Part shown: one piece after another, positions 52,223 to 60,726 of the stretch
How positions within the stretch are numbered: position 1 is the first letter of the stretch
Layout: each line of letters opens with the position of its first letter
IMG/VR virus record: IMGVR_UViG_3300045988_131485
DNA: 64,000 nucleotides
From: a virus
Reading direction: 5' to 3' (one strand)
Program-made: the position numbers and the translations under genes
Notes under the pieces: generated by a model
The model's input: the letters and a program-made list of their open reading frames with translations, nothing else
What the model was told of the DNA's origin: nothing
The model's database searches: none

Positions 52223-52963
52223 ATGCCCGGATTTGTAAAACCTACAAGAAAGGTTGTCAACATTGAAGATGCCTTTGGAGAGCTGATTGGGAAGAAACTC
52301 ATAAAGGATCTCCATGACAATGAGGAGATTTGCCCTGTTTGTCATGGTATCGGCCTCCGTATTGAAGATAATCCTTATGGGTTGTCTGACGACCCCGATA
52401 AGAAAGCCGGCCAATTCCCCTACAAGCACCAGTCTATCCGGTTCTGCCCGAACTGTTATAACGGTGTTGTACGTTTTTGCCCCGACTGTGGAAAGCAGAT
52501 TCCGAGATGCCGAACACTTTGCGACTGCGATGCCGTTGTGCAGCGCCGCCAGCAGGAAGAAAACCGCAAAGAAAAAGAACGGCTCGAAAAAGCAGAAAAG
52601 CACGAGCCGAATGCGCTCGGATCGTTATTTACAATGGCACAAAGCGACTTTTACTCTCACAACGAAGGATATTTCAGCTGTTGGGAGGATTTCTTTGATA
52701 GCTGGAATGAAGATCGTGAAGAGTTCACGGGAAAGCCACTGTACGTATGGGGAACCGAAGAGGTAGAGATGAGTTTCGATGCTTCAAGCATCGTATCCAA
52801 TGCCTGTGAGGATATGTATGAAGATGCTTATGATGACATTGGAGCAGACGCTGTTGCTGAGATGCAGCGCTACCTCAACGAATGGAAAGAGAAATATGGG
52901 CGTACGTCCTATTTGCTGACTACCAAGCACGCTATCCGTATTCCTTGGGAGGAGATGAAATAA
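52223..52963 (+). CDS. hypothetical protein with DnaJ-type CxxCxG zinc-finger repeats
   Basis: CPVCHGIG, CPNCYNG, CPDCGK. Confidence 0.55.
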   Translation: MPGFVKPTRKVVNIEDAFGELIGKKLIKDLHDNEEICPVCHGIGLRIEDNPYGLSDDPDKKAGQFPYKHQSIRFCPNCYNGVVRFCPDCGKQIPRCRTLCDCDAVVQRRQQEENRKEKERLEKAEKHEPNALGSLFTMAQSDFYSHNEGYFSCWEDFFDSWNEDREEFTGKPLYVWGTEEVEMSFDASSIVSNACEDMYEDAYDDIGADAVAEMQRYLNEWKEKYGRTSYLLTTKHAIRIPWEEMK

Positions 52964-52965
52964 CA

Positions 52966-53820
52966 ATGGCAAAGAAAAACGACAATCTGGGCGACCGCAT
53001 GAAAGGCTATGAGGGTGTTTCTCGCAACTTCTTAACCCGCCGTGTGCCCGCAATCATCCGACTTGACGGCAAGGCGTTCCACACCTTCACGAAGGGCATG
53101 GAAAAGCCTTTCGATCTCGTACTGACTCAGGCTATGCAGGAGACGATGAAGCATCTCTGTGAGAACATCCAGGGCTGTGTGCTTGGTTACACTCAGTCCG
53201 ATGAGATCACTCTGGTGCTGACAGACTATGCTACTATCCAGACCGACGCCTGGTTTGGATATAACATTCAGAAAATGTGCAGCGTTTCGGCGTCGATGGC
53301 AACTATGGCATTTAACAGGGAGTTTGAACGTATCGCTGAGGATTGGTTTCACGACAATGGCCCGTATTGGAAATCTATCGGTGTCGATGTTGACGTCGAT
53401 CTTACCATATATAAACGGTACAATGCCTACCAGAAAAAGATGTTCACTGCCATGTTCGACTCCCGCGTTTTCTCTGTCCCAAAAGAAGAGGTCTGTAACT
53501 GTCTGATCTGGCGGCAGCAGGACGCAACCCGAAACAGCATTGAGGCCGTAGGTCAGGCCAATTTTAGCCATCACGAGCTGCACAAAAAGACCTGCAACAT
53601 GATTCAGGAAATGCTTTGGTCTCAGCGAGGCATTAACTGGAACGATTTCCTCACAGAGCTGAAGCGCGGTTCCTGTTGTATTAAACGGCAGTTTGAAGAA
53701 ACCATCGACGATCCTCGCAACCCCGACCAGAAAATTACTGTGCGCCGTAACAGATGGATTATCGACCACGAAATTCCCATCTTCACTCAGGATCGGGAAT
53801 ATATCGAAAGGTTGATTTAA
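52966..53820 (+). CDS. tRNA-His guanylyltransferase-like protein (Thg1/TLP, 3'-5' polymerase)
   Basis: LGDRMKGYE..RRVPAIIRLDGKAFHTFTKG..GYTQSDEITLVL are Thg1 family blocks. ATG 52966 follows the upstream stop. Confidence 0.8.
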   Translation: MAKKNDNLGDRMKGYEGVSRNFLTRRVPAIIRLDGKAFHTFTKGMEKPFDLVLTQAMQETMKHLCENIQGCVLGYTQSDEITLVLTDYATIQTDAWFGYNIQKMCSVSASMATMAFNREFERIAEDWFHDNGPYWKSIGVDVDVDLTIYKRYNAYQKKMFTAMFDSRVFSVPKEEVCNCLIWRQQDATRNSIEAVGQANFSHHELHKKTCNMIQEMLWSQRGINWNDFLTELKRGSCCIKRQFEETIDDPRNPDQKITVRRNRWIIDHEIPIFTQDREYIERLI

Positions 53821-53833
53821 GGAGGCCATAAAA

Positions 53834-54148
53834 ATGTCCCATATTTATGAGAATGATACGAAGCCCATTCTGAGCGACCCTCCGTATCTGTTGCAATTCA
53901 TTTTGTCCGTGGTGCTGTCTGTGCTCTGTGGAGCGACCATCATGTTCATGTGGAACTGGTTCGTTGTCCCGCTCGGGCTTCCCATGATTGGCCTGGTACA
54001 AGCGCTGGGGCTTGATACGCTCATCACATTCATTGTGACCACCAGAGTCAATACCCCCCCCGATCCATTCTGGGATCGTTGGATCACTGCTATCACCTAT
54101 GCGCTTCTCACATTGTTCGTCGGGTGGCTGCTCCATTTCTTCATGTGA
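53834..54148 (+). CDS. small membrane protein (104 aa)
   Basis: Three hydrophobic segments. Contains an in-frame C8 tract (TPPD). Confidence 0.55.
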   Translation: MSHIYENDTKPILSDPPYLLQFILSVVLSVLCGATIMFMWNWFVVPLGLPMIGLVQALGLDTLITFIVTTRVNTPPDPFWDRWITAITYALLTLFVGWLLHFFM

Positions 54149-54165
54149 CCCAGGAGGATGTCATA

Positions 54166-55131
54166 ATGGATACACAAATGGTATTGACCCACACGGGTAA
54201 AATCTACTTCAACCGATCGCTCGGTTTGGAGTTTCTTACCGTGGGTGACTACGGCAAAGAAAACAACATCAAAGCCGATTTCCTCGGCTTAACCAAAAAG
54301 ATTGAGGGCGTTCAGCACCACGACGTTGACCTTATGGACAAGTGGGTTGCGACTATCAGCAGCCAGAAGGGATGTCCCATGAAGTGTACCTTCTGCGATG
54401 TTCATAAATACGGTTTCTTCGGAAATGCCTCTCTGCCTGATCTCGAATATCAGATCCGCTACATTATTGAACATGAGGATGTCCGTTTTACCAACCGTTT
54501 CAATGTCCACTACGCTCGCATGGGTGAGCCGACTTGGAATCCTGCAGTGCTGGATTTTACCGAGTCCCGATTGGACGACCTGGTTAAAGAGTGTGGTCTT
54601 CACGCTGTCACCATCCATCCCGTAGTTTCCACCATGATGCCTCGTAGCAATAACGACCTCTCCAGCTATTTGAAGCACTGGTGCGAAATCAAGAATACCC
54701 AGCGGCATGGTGAAGCTGGACTGCAACTTAGTATCAACAGCACTTCAGACGACCAGCGGGAAGCTCAGTTCGCCGGCAAATCTCTGAGCCTGAGAGAAAT
54801 CGCTAATATCGCCAGCGATTTGCCTATGCCGGTTGGCAGAAAGTACACGTTGAACTTTGCTGTAACCGAAGCAACGATTTTGGACGCCAAAGTGCTCGAC
54901 TCCCTCTTTGACCGCGATAAGTTTATCGTCAAGATTACCCCGATCCACCAAACCAAAGCCGCTCTGGAACACAACTACGATATCACTACCAGCTACGACG
55001 ATTATAGCGTCTACGACAAATTCGAGCAGCCCTTACTTGATTTGGGCTGGGACGTAATCGTGTTTGTTCCCAGCAAGGAAGAAGATTCCGACCGCATTAC
55101 CTGCGGCAACGCTCTTATTAGCGAGGTATAA
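54166..55131 (+). CDS. radical SAM enzyme, RlmN/Cfr-like
   Basis: SSQKGCPMKCTFCDV (CxxxCxxC) and ARMGEPTWN resemble RlmN blocks (SSQVGC..C.FC, MGMGEPL.N). ATG lies after CAGGAGG. Confidence 0.6.
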   Translation: MDTQMVLTHTGKIYFNRSLGLEFLTVGDYGKENNIKADFLGLTKKIEGVQHHDVDLMDKWVATISSQKGCPMKCTFCDVHKYGFFGNASLPDLEYQIRYIIEHEDVRFTNRFNVHYARMGEPTWNPAVLDFTESRLDDLVKECGLHAVTIHPVVSTMMPRSNNDLSSYLKHWCEIKNTQRHGEAGLQLSINSTSDDQREAQFAGKSLSLREIANIASDLPMPVGRKYTLNFAVTEATILDAKVLDSLFDRDKFIVKITPIHQTKAALEHNYDITTSYDDYSVYDKFEQPLLDLGWDVIVFVPSKEEDSDRITCGNALISEV

Positions 55132-55135
55132 CACA

Positions 55136-55969
55136 ATGACTGAACAAGAAAAACTAATCAATGTTGATCTGTATGGTGACGGTAGCCGCGACTCGCGGCT
55201 TCGCGCAGAGTACATTTATTGCGATCATGCCGATGTGTGCTCGGTATACAAGGAAGGAAAATGCTTCCGTAAAACGACACTATTTGGCGTTCGTTGTGAA
55301 TTTGGCCGCATAGCCTGTGTTGATGGCGGCACAAAGAAAACCAAGATGTACGGTCGTGTTTATAGCGAGGCCAAAGACTCTGAGCGATACCATAAGCTCT
55401 CTTACCCCAACAACACCTACATCGCAAAAATCGGCGACGGTGCTTTTCTCGCGCCGCCCTATGTCAGAATCGAACGCGGCCCGGATTCCAGGCTATTCTG
55501 TCATAATCCTGGGTTCGGTTGCAATCGTCTCTTTGTCTCTATTGACGAGCTGACGCCAGACAATATCAATCGAATTTGCACCTACCATCCGCGTGCTATG
55601 CTTGGTGGAGAGATTGAGAGCTATCAAACAGAAACCATCCCGATCTTTCTCCACCAGTTGTCCAAATTATTCCCAGAGCAGTATAGCGCTTTCATCAAGG
55701 CGTTCCCAGATTATGAGCTGAAAGCTCCTGATTACCGTGGGAAATATGCGAAGCTGTCAACCTGCAATCGTGAGCTGATCTATCGTGACGCTCATGGCAA
55801 CTCTTTCCGTTTTGACGGCGATGAGTTGGTATGTGACAAGTATCGGATTGGTGGGTTCATGCCGTTCTCATCCTCTGGTTACGCACAAATGCGTATTCCG
55901 GTAACAGATGATATGCAGGTAAAAATCACCGATAGCAACCAAGTCACGGATCAAACCGTTCTTATATAG
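55136..55969 (+). CDS. hypothetical protein (277 aa)
   Basis: ATG 2 nt after the upstream stop. No motif recognised. Confidence 0.55.
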   Translation: MTEQEKLINVDLYGDGSRDSRLRAEYIYCDHADVCSVYKEGKCFRKTTLFGVRCEFGRIACVDGGTKKTKMYGRVYSEAKDSERYHKLSYPNNTYIAKIGDGAFLAPPYVRIERGPDSRLFCHNPGFGCNRLFVSIDELTPDNINRICTYHPRAMLGGEIESYQTETIPIFLHQLSKLFPEQYSAFIKAFPDYELKAPDYRGKYAKLSTCNRELIYRDAHGNSFRFDGDELVCDKYRIGGFMPFSSSGYAQMRIPVTDDMQVKITDSNQVTDQTVLI

Positions 55970-55993
55970 GCACAAATTATGAGGTGAAATAAA

Positions 55994-56422
55994 ATGAATA
56001 CAGAAGTCATGTTCTCGTCCAGGGCTATGGACTGGGCGACGCCGCAGGCGTTCTTTGACCAACTGGATTCGGAGTTTCACTTCACCCTCGATCCCTGCGC
56101 TGATAAGTCCAATCACAAGTGCGACCGGTACTTTACCGTAGCAGACGACGGACTGAGACAGCCGTGGGGGGGGCAGACGGTCTTCTGCAATCCACCGTAT
56201 GGCAGGGCTATCAAAGACTGGGTGAAGAAATGCTCCGAAGAGGCCAAGCAGCCTGACACCACCGTGGTACTGCTTATCCCGGCCCGTACAGACACAGCCT
56301 ACTTTCACGATTACATCTATCAGAAACCCAATGTGGAAGTTCGCTTCATACGTGGCCGGCTGAAATTTGGAGACGGAAAGAACTCCGCACCATTCCCCAG
56401 TATGGTAGTCATTTTCCGTTAA
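55994..56422 (+). CDS. dam: phage Dam-type N6-adenine DNA methyltransferase
   Basis: DWATPQAFFDQLDSEFHFTLDPCA and FCNPPYG. Contains an in-frame G8 tract (PWGGQ). Confidence 0.85.
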   Translation: MNTEVMFSSRAMDWATPQAFFDQLDSEFHFTLDPCADKSNHKCDRYFTVADDGLRQPWGGQTVFCNPPYGRAIKDWVKKCSEEAKQPDTTVVLLIPARTDTAYFHDYIYQKPNVEVRFIRGRLKFGDGKNSAPFPSMVVIFR

Positions 56423-56438
56423 TAGCAACAAAGTAAAT
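56423..56438 (+). repeat. junction motif copy (TAGCAACAAAGTAAAT)
   Basis: Begins immediately after the TAA stop of dam and is followed by the RBS and ATG 56457. Confidence 0.6.
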
Positions 56439-56456
56439 CAATCTGAGGTGACAAAG

Positions 56457-56759
56457 ATGAAAACCCATACTCTCAAATTCAAAGGAAATCATGGGCGACC
56501 CAAAAAGATTGCTGAGATCCGTGATCTGAACGAAGCAGGCCAGCCCAAATCCGACCAGGATATTTTGGATGAGGCGTTTTTGCTGATCCATGCGTTCTGC
56601 GCCGAACGCAATTTCAAAATCTATTACACCCGTACTTGGAATCACAATGGCGTCACCATTTTTGATGTAGGAAGCCATACTGAGTTCTTTCATCTTACCC
56701 CAGCGGTCAGTCTCTACGCGGACACCGCTTCATCAGAAAGGAGTAAACAAAATGGCTAA
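56457..56759 (+). CDS. hypothetical protein (100 aa)
   Basis: ATG 8 nt after TGAGGTG. Confidence 0.55.
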   Translation: MKTHTLKFKGNHGRPKKIAEIRDLNEAGQPKSDQDILDEAFLLIHAFCAERNFKIYYTRTWNHNGVTIFDVGSHTEFFHLTPAVSLYADTASSERSKQNG

Positions 56760-57330
56760 GGTTTCAACCAGAACCCCGCCGCTCATTTCCCTTTATTTCT
56801 GCCAAGAAAGAGGCGACCCTGACTATGGGTCTTGCCTCTGGGCAGTTTTTAACTTCGATCTCGAACGATATGAGCTGTCCATTACATCCGACTGTGGGAA
56901 CTACGCCTACGGTTGGGTTCCTACCCACAAAAGCGAGAGCTTTATGCACCTCATGGCAAGGTTGGACTCCGGCTATCTGCTGGATAAGCTCGCCAGCCCG
57001 TGCGTTATCAACGAAGAAGCCACCTTTGAGGCTGTAAAAGAACTCATGGAGGCTTGGGGCGTTGATTTCTCAGAGACAGATCGTTGGGGAGACCCCGCAT
57101 TCGATATGGACGAAATCAAAGACTGTTGCTATCAGAGCAACGAGCGAGATGTCCACGATGCCTTGGAGCAAAAGTTCGAGGGCACGTCTATGGAGACCTG
57201 TGACGACTATGATCTCTGGAGCTGTATTCAAAAAGACTTCACGGCCAACGCCAAGAAAATTGTGCAGGTCTTCATGGAATACATTCAGCCTGTGTGCAAA
57301 AAGATTTCTGATGACGAAAAGAGAGGTTGA
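56752..57330 (+). CDS. hypothetical protein (192 aa)
   Basis: Overlapping start. No motif recognised. Confidence 0.55.
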   Translation: MAKVSTRTPPLISLYFCQERGDPDYGSCLWAVFNFDLERYELSITSDCGNYAYGWVPTHKSESFMHLMARLDSGYLLDKLASPCVINEEATFEAVKELMEAWGVDFSETDRWGDPAFDMDEIKDCCYQSNERDVHDALEQKFEGTSMETCDDYDLWSCIQKDFTANAKKIVQVFMEYIQPVCKKISDDEKRG

Positions 57331-57331
57331 G

Positions 57332-57586
57332 ATGGCAGCAATAAAAATCCCCAAGTATATCCGCCAAAAAATGCACCGCATCGCTCACCTTCACGCTACA
57401 GCAAACAAAGAAATGCAAGTAGTAGAAGTGTGGCTGGAAAATCAGGGCTTCGACACATCCATGCAGGGACTGAGATGTGGAAACGGCTATTCTCTTGAAG
57501 AGCTGGATTATGGAAATGATTGCACCGACGAACTTTGCGAGAGCATGGAAAACGGTTTCGGTTTGACAAATGAAAGGAGCGTTTGA
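57332..57586 (+). CDS. hypothetical protein (84 aa)
   Basis: ATG after AGAGAGG. The upstream part of the tracked ORF overlaps 56752..57330. Confidence 0.5.
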   Translation: MAAIKIPKYIRQKMHRIAHLHATANKEMQVVEVWLENQGFDTSMQGLRCGNGYSLEELDYGNDCTDELCESMENGFGLTNERSV

Positions 57587-57587
57587 C

Positions 57588-57764
57588 ATGAAGCCCGGTG
57601 ACAAAGTTGTAATGAACAACAAGTATTACGTGAGTACGGAAAATAAAAGTCGCATCTGGACGGTAGCATCAGAGCCGTGGATGTGCTGTGGCACTCTCGT
57701 TGTAAAACTGAAAGGGAAATCTGGCGGCTATGCTGTTGATGGACTGGACATTATTTCCGAATGA
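57588..57764 (+). CDS. hypothetical small protein (58 aa)
   Basis: ATG after AAAGGAG. Confidence 0.5.
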   Translation: MKPGDKVVMNNKYYVSTENKSRIWTVASEPWMCCGTLVVKLKGKSGGYAVDGLDIISE

Positions 57765-58141
57765 AACGAGGCTTTTATATGAGTAACGAAAAAATTTGCC
57801 CTGTATACAGCGCTTCCGATAATACTGCCCGCGAGTGTATCAAAGAAGAATGTGGGTGGTGGTGCGATCAACGCAATGTTTGTGCTGTAGTATCTGCGTC
57901 CGACAGTGATATCTATGTTCTGTATTACACACCGGGAGCAGAGTCAGTCGAGGAACTGACGTTTATGTACAACGAGGCTAAAAAAGCCGTAGCACCGAGA
58001 CCTATCATCGCATTACCTACCAGCCTCTCGCTCAAAGAAATATCAAAACAAGAACTCTTGAATATTATCTCCAAAACTCTGTGCAAAGATAAAGAGGATA
58101 TTCTCAAATCAGCACAGGCAGAAAACGAGGCTGAAAGGTAA
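57761..58141 (+). CDS. hypothetical protein (126 aa)
   Basis: ATGA overlap. Cys-containing N-terminus. Confidence 0.5.
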   Translation: MKRGFYMSNEKICPVYSASDNTARECIKEECGWWCDQRNVCAVVSASDSDIYVLYYTPGAESVEELTFMYNEAKKAVAPRPIIALPTSLSLKEISKQELLNIISKTLCKDKEDILKSAQAENEAER

Positions 58142-58222
58142 ATCTGGGAAAGCTGGGTAGGGAATCACGACAAGTATATTGAAGATGTTGCCTGTTCCAA
58201 ATTAGGAGTGAAAAGATAATCT

Positions 58223-58474
58223 ATGTACAAATCATATGAACGCCCTCCCCTTGTTCTAAACGGAGGGGCGAAGCTCTTCGCTGTCAACGCTGGATACCGT
58301 AAAACCGACGTAGGTACGAACTGGTATTATGTCCGAGCCAAGAATGCCCGTGAAGCCCGCAAGCGCTTCAAAGACCGGATAACCTGGCTTGATGTCTATG
58401 GCATCCGTGAAGTTACTGACGCCGCACTAATCCAAGATGTGCTTAGTTCTCCGAGAAAGTATATCTGCTTCTGA
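58223..58474 (+). CDS. hypothetical protein (83 aa)
   Basis: ATG after TAGGAGTG. Confidence 0.5.
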   Translation: MYKSYERPPLVLNGGAKLFAVNAGYRKTDVGTNWYYVRAKNAREARKRFKDRITWLDVYGIREVTDAALIQDVLSSPRKYICF

Positions 58475-58680
58475 TGGAGGGCGAGATGGGAAAGAGAAAA
58501 CATAAAGCTCCGCAAATGCCAGCTTGGTTTTGGTACGGCATTGTAGACGGCTGCTGGTGCTGCAAAAATCGCCATAACTGCAACCAGTGTAAAGAAGTCC
58601 GTAAATACCGCAAGCAGCATTTCCCACCCAAAGAAAAAAGTAGGCATGGCAAAGCCGATCATGATGATCGAGGAGAATAA
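58474..58680 (+). CDS. hypothetical basic Cys-rich protein (about 64-68 aa)
   Basis: Alternative ATG 58486 after GGAGGG. CWCCKNRHNCNQC. Confidence 0.45.
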   Translation: MEGEMGKRKHKAPQMPAWFWYGIVDGCWCCKNRHNCNQCKEVRKYRKQHFPPKEKSRHGKADHDDRGE

Positions 58681-58682
58681 CC

Positions 58683-58886
58683 ATGAGAGCAACAAAGCAA
58701 TTCAATAACGTAGACACCCAGAGCAAAATCACAATCAACACTGACGAGCTTCAGGCCATGTTGAGTTGTGGCCGGTATTCTGCCATACAGATTGGCGAGG
58801 CTGCTGAGGCTCGTATCCAGATCGGGAAGCGAATCTTCTGGAATGTCGAAAAGATCAAAAGCTACATCAACTCTATTTCTGTATAG
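58683..58886 (+). CDS. small HTH protein, excisionase/AlpA-like
   Basis: ITINTDELQAMLSCGRYSAIQIGEAAEARIQIGKRIFWNVEKIKSYI is a Xis-type wHTH pattern. Confidence 0.45.
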   Translation: MRATKQFNNVDTQSKITINTDELQAMLSCGRYSAIQIGEAAEARIQIGKRIFWNVEKIKSYINSISV

Positions 58887-58897
58887 GAGACTGCCGT

Positions 58898-59104
58898 ATG
58901 AACACTTACCTGACCATCATGGTGACGGTCTTAGTTCTTACTCAGATTGTCCGTATCGTTCAAAACACCATCCAGCTTCGCCGGCAGTATAAGCTGTTTC
59001 AGGCTCAACTCGGACAGCTGGATGACATCACCCAAGAGGATCTTGATATGCAACGCAGGGCATATCGTTTGATTGTGGACTACTTAGAACGCCATGAAAA
59101 GTAA
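58898..59104 (+). CDS. small membrane-anchored protein (68 aa)
   Basis: N-terminal TM segment (YLTIMVTVLVLTQIV). Confidence 0.5.
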   Translation: MNTYLTIMVTVLVLTQIVRIVQNTIQLRRQYKLFQAQLGQLDDITQEDLDMQRRAYRLIVDYLERHEK

Positions 59105-59298
59105 TACCGTTTGGAGAACCATTTTCTTCTGTATCAAACGGAAGCATCCAGACTGGAGTAACAAGCGTATTACCGCTTGCACCAGATACGCATACAGGAG
59201 GAGCTGTTCGAGGTTAAGGCAGACTTGCCATACCTATGTGAGATTGAGAAGTTCTGTTTTAACTGTGGAGCAAGAATGGTAAAGGAGATCGAAAAGCA

Positions 59299-59709
59299 AT
59301 GACCAAAAAAGAAGCCATTCATTTCCTCTATCAAATTGCCGATGAGATACAGTCATTTCTTGACAAAACCTCGTCCTCCAAAAGGCAATGGACTTCTCAC
59401 AAACGCCTCGAAGCATTAAGTATGGCAATTTCCGCCTTATACGATCTGTCCCAAGCCGAAGAAGACAGTAGGCTAATCATCCCGCCTTGTAAAGTAGGAG
59501 ATACGGTATGGGTTATCACTGGCACAACAATAAAACTCTGTACCGTAGATCGCATTCATATTTTGGGAAACGGGCAAATGCAAATAAGGGCGAAATACTT
59601 TGTCACAGATAATATCTACCTGTATCCCGATATGTTTGGGAAAACTGTGTTTCTAACTTGCGCCGAAGCGGAAGCTGCCATAGAAGCACGGAAAGGAGAC
59701 AAAGAGTAA
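59299..59709 (+). CDS. hypothetical protein (136 aa)
   Basis: ATG after AAGGAGATCG. No motif recognised. Confidence 0.55.
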   Translation: MTKKEAIHFLYQIADEIQSFLDKTSSSKRQWTSHKRLEALSMAISALYDLSQAEEDSRLIIPPCKVGDTVWVITGTTIKLCTVDRIHILGNGQMQIRAKYFVTDNIYLYPDMFGKTVFLTCAEAEAAIEARKGDKE

Positions 59710-59880
59710 GATGAACTTTAAGCAGTTTGTCCGGTGGATGTTGGTTTGCTTTGTTCAAACTCATATCAGACATTGCCAGGAATGCCTTGGCAGTAATGGG
59801 CACTGCCAAGAGTGTAACGACTGGCACCATTTGTTCCGCAGAGACTGGCAACGGACGTATTGGAGAAGGAGGTTCTGACC

Positions 59881-60096
59881 ATGAGCAATAACGCGAACTG
59901 CATCACTTGTAGGCACAAAAAGGACTTCTTAGTTCCGTGCGATTGGCTGAAAAAACAAAGAGCCGTGATTATGCCGCCCTGCCCAAGATATGAGTCCGAA
60001 GAGGAGGATACCGATGCCCGAACCAAACTTGAAACCATTACCTTGCCCATTTTGCGGCAGCACAAAGCTGAAAGTCGATCAGAAAGCAAGCAGTAA
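59881..60096 (+). CDS. hypothetical small Cys-containing protein
   Basis: ATG 8 nt after GGAGAAGGAGG. The 3' end overlaps the Lar-like gene by 83 nt. Confidence 0.35.
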   Translation: MSNNANCITCRHKKDFLVPCDWLKKQRAVIMPPCPRYESEEEDTDARTKLETITLPILRQHKAESRSESKQ

Positions 60097-60301
60097 TACG
60101 AAGTGGAACCCCGAAACACGACGATGCGATAAACTGGTCGTCGTTACAGTTCGTTGTAACAAATGCCACACGAGAGGCCCGACAGTCTCTATGTACGCAG
60201 GGTGGTACGATCGGCCTGCTCAGGTTTTGAATAATGCTGCTATCGAAGCCTGGAATCAGCGTATCGAAAAAGAGGTGGCTAACGATACCATTTGTTGTTG
60301 A
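60014..60301 (+). CDS. lar: Lar-family restriction-alleviation protein
   Basis: LPCPFCGSTKLKV..VRCNKCHTRGP..AIEAWNQR is the Lar-family pattern. ATG lies after GAGGAGGA. Confidence 0.65.
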   Translation: MPEPNLKPLPCPFCGSTKLKVDQKASSNTKWNPETRRCDKLVVVTVRCNKCHTRGPTVSMYAGWYDRPAQVLNNAAIEAWNQRIEKEVANDTICC

Positions 60302-60312
60302 TAGCATAAAAA

Positions 60313-60338
60313 AGAGCGTAGGTGAAAACCCTACGCTC
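60313..60338. terminator. bidirectional intrinsic terminator
   Basis: AGAGCGTAGG-tgaaaa-CCTACGCTCT with an A-run upstream. Separates the plus-strand block from the minus-strand XRE gene. Confidence 0.7.
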
Positions 60339-60346
60339 TTATAGCT

Positions 60347-60559
60347 TTAGATTTCTTCGCCATTATCATTTCTGAGAAATCTTCCTTCAAAATGACAGTC
60401 CAGCGCATTGGCGATCTCTGCTAATTCCTTTTCACTGAAATTATCACGTCTGAATTTACCACTAAGATTTTGAGAAGTACAGTTAAGCCGCGACGCTAAT
60501 TCTTTCAAAGTCATATTACGCTTGATAAGTGCGATTTTGATTTTCTCGGCCATTGCCAT
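60347..60559 (-). CDS. XRE-family HTH regulator (70 aa)
   Basis: IKRNMTLKELASRLNCTSQNLSGKFRRDNFSEKELAEIANAL. Confidence 0.75.
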   Translation of the reverse strand: MAMAEKIKIALIKRNMTLKELASRLNCTSQNLSGKFRRDNFSEKELAEIANALDCHFEGRFLRNDNGEEI

Positions 60560-60726
60560 ACTAACACCTCACAATCTTTGCTAAATCATTATAAATTGTT
60601 AAAGCACAAAAATCAATAGACAGTTTTCAAAGTAACCTATTAGCGATTTTATCGCTTGACTTTAGAAACCTCTCAAGATATTATGTAACTGTAGACTTAC
60701 CATCGAAACAAAGGAGGATGATAAGT

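Noticed and set aside
9895-56438. The recurrent TAGCAACAAAGTAAAT motif as a CRISPR array or as a sigma-A promoter
   Set aside because: It is not a CRISPR array, because the copies are kilobases apart, sit at gene junctions and have no regular spacers. It is not a sigma-A promoter, because it has no -35/-10 pair at 16-18 nt spacing. Three canonical promoters lie upstream of copies, which places the motif inside the transcript.
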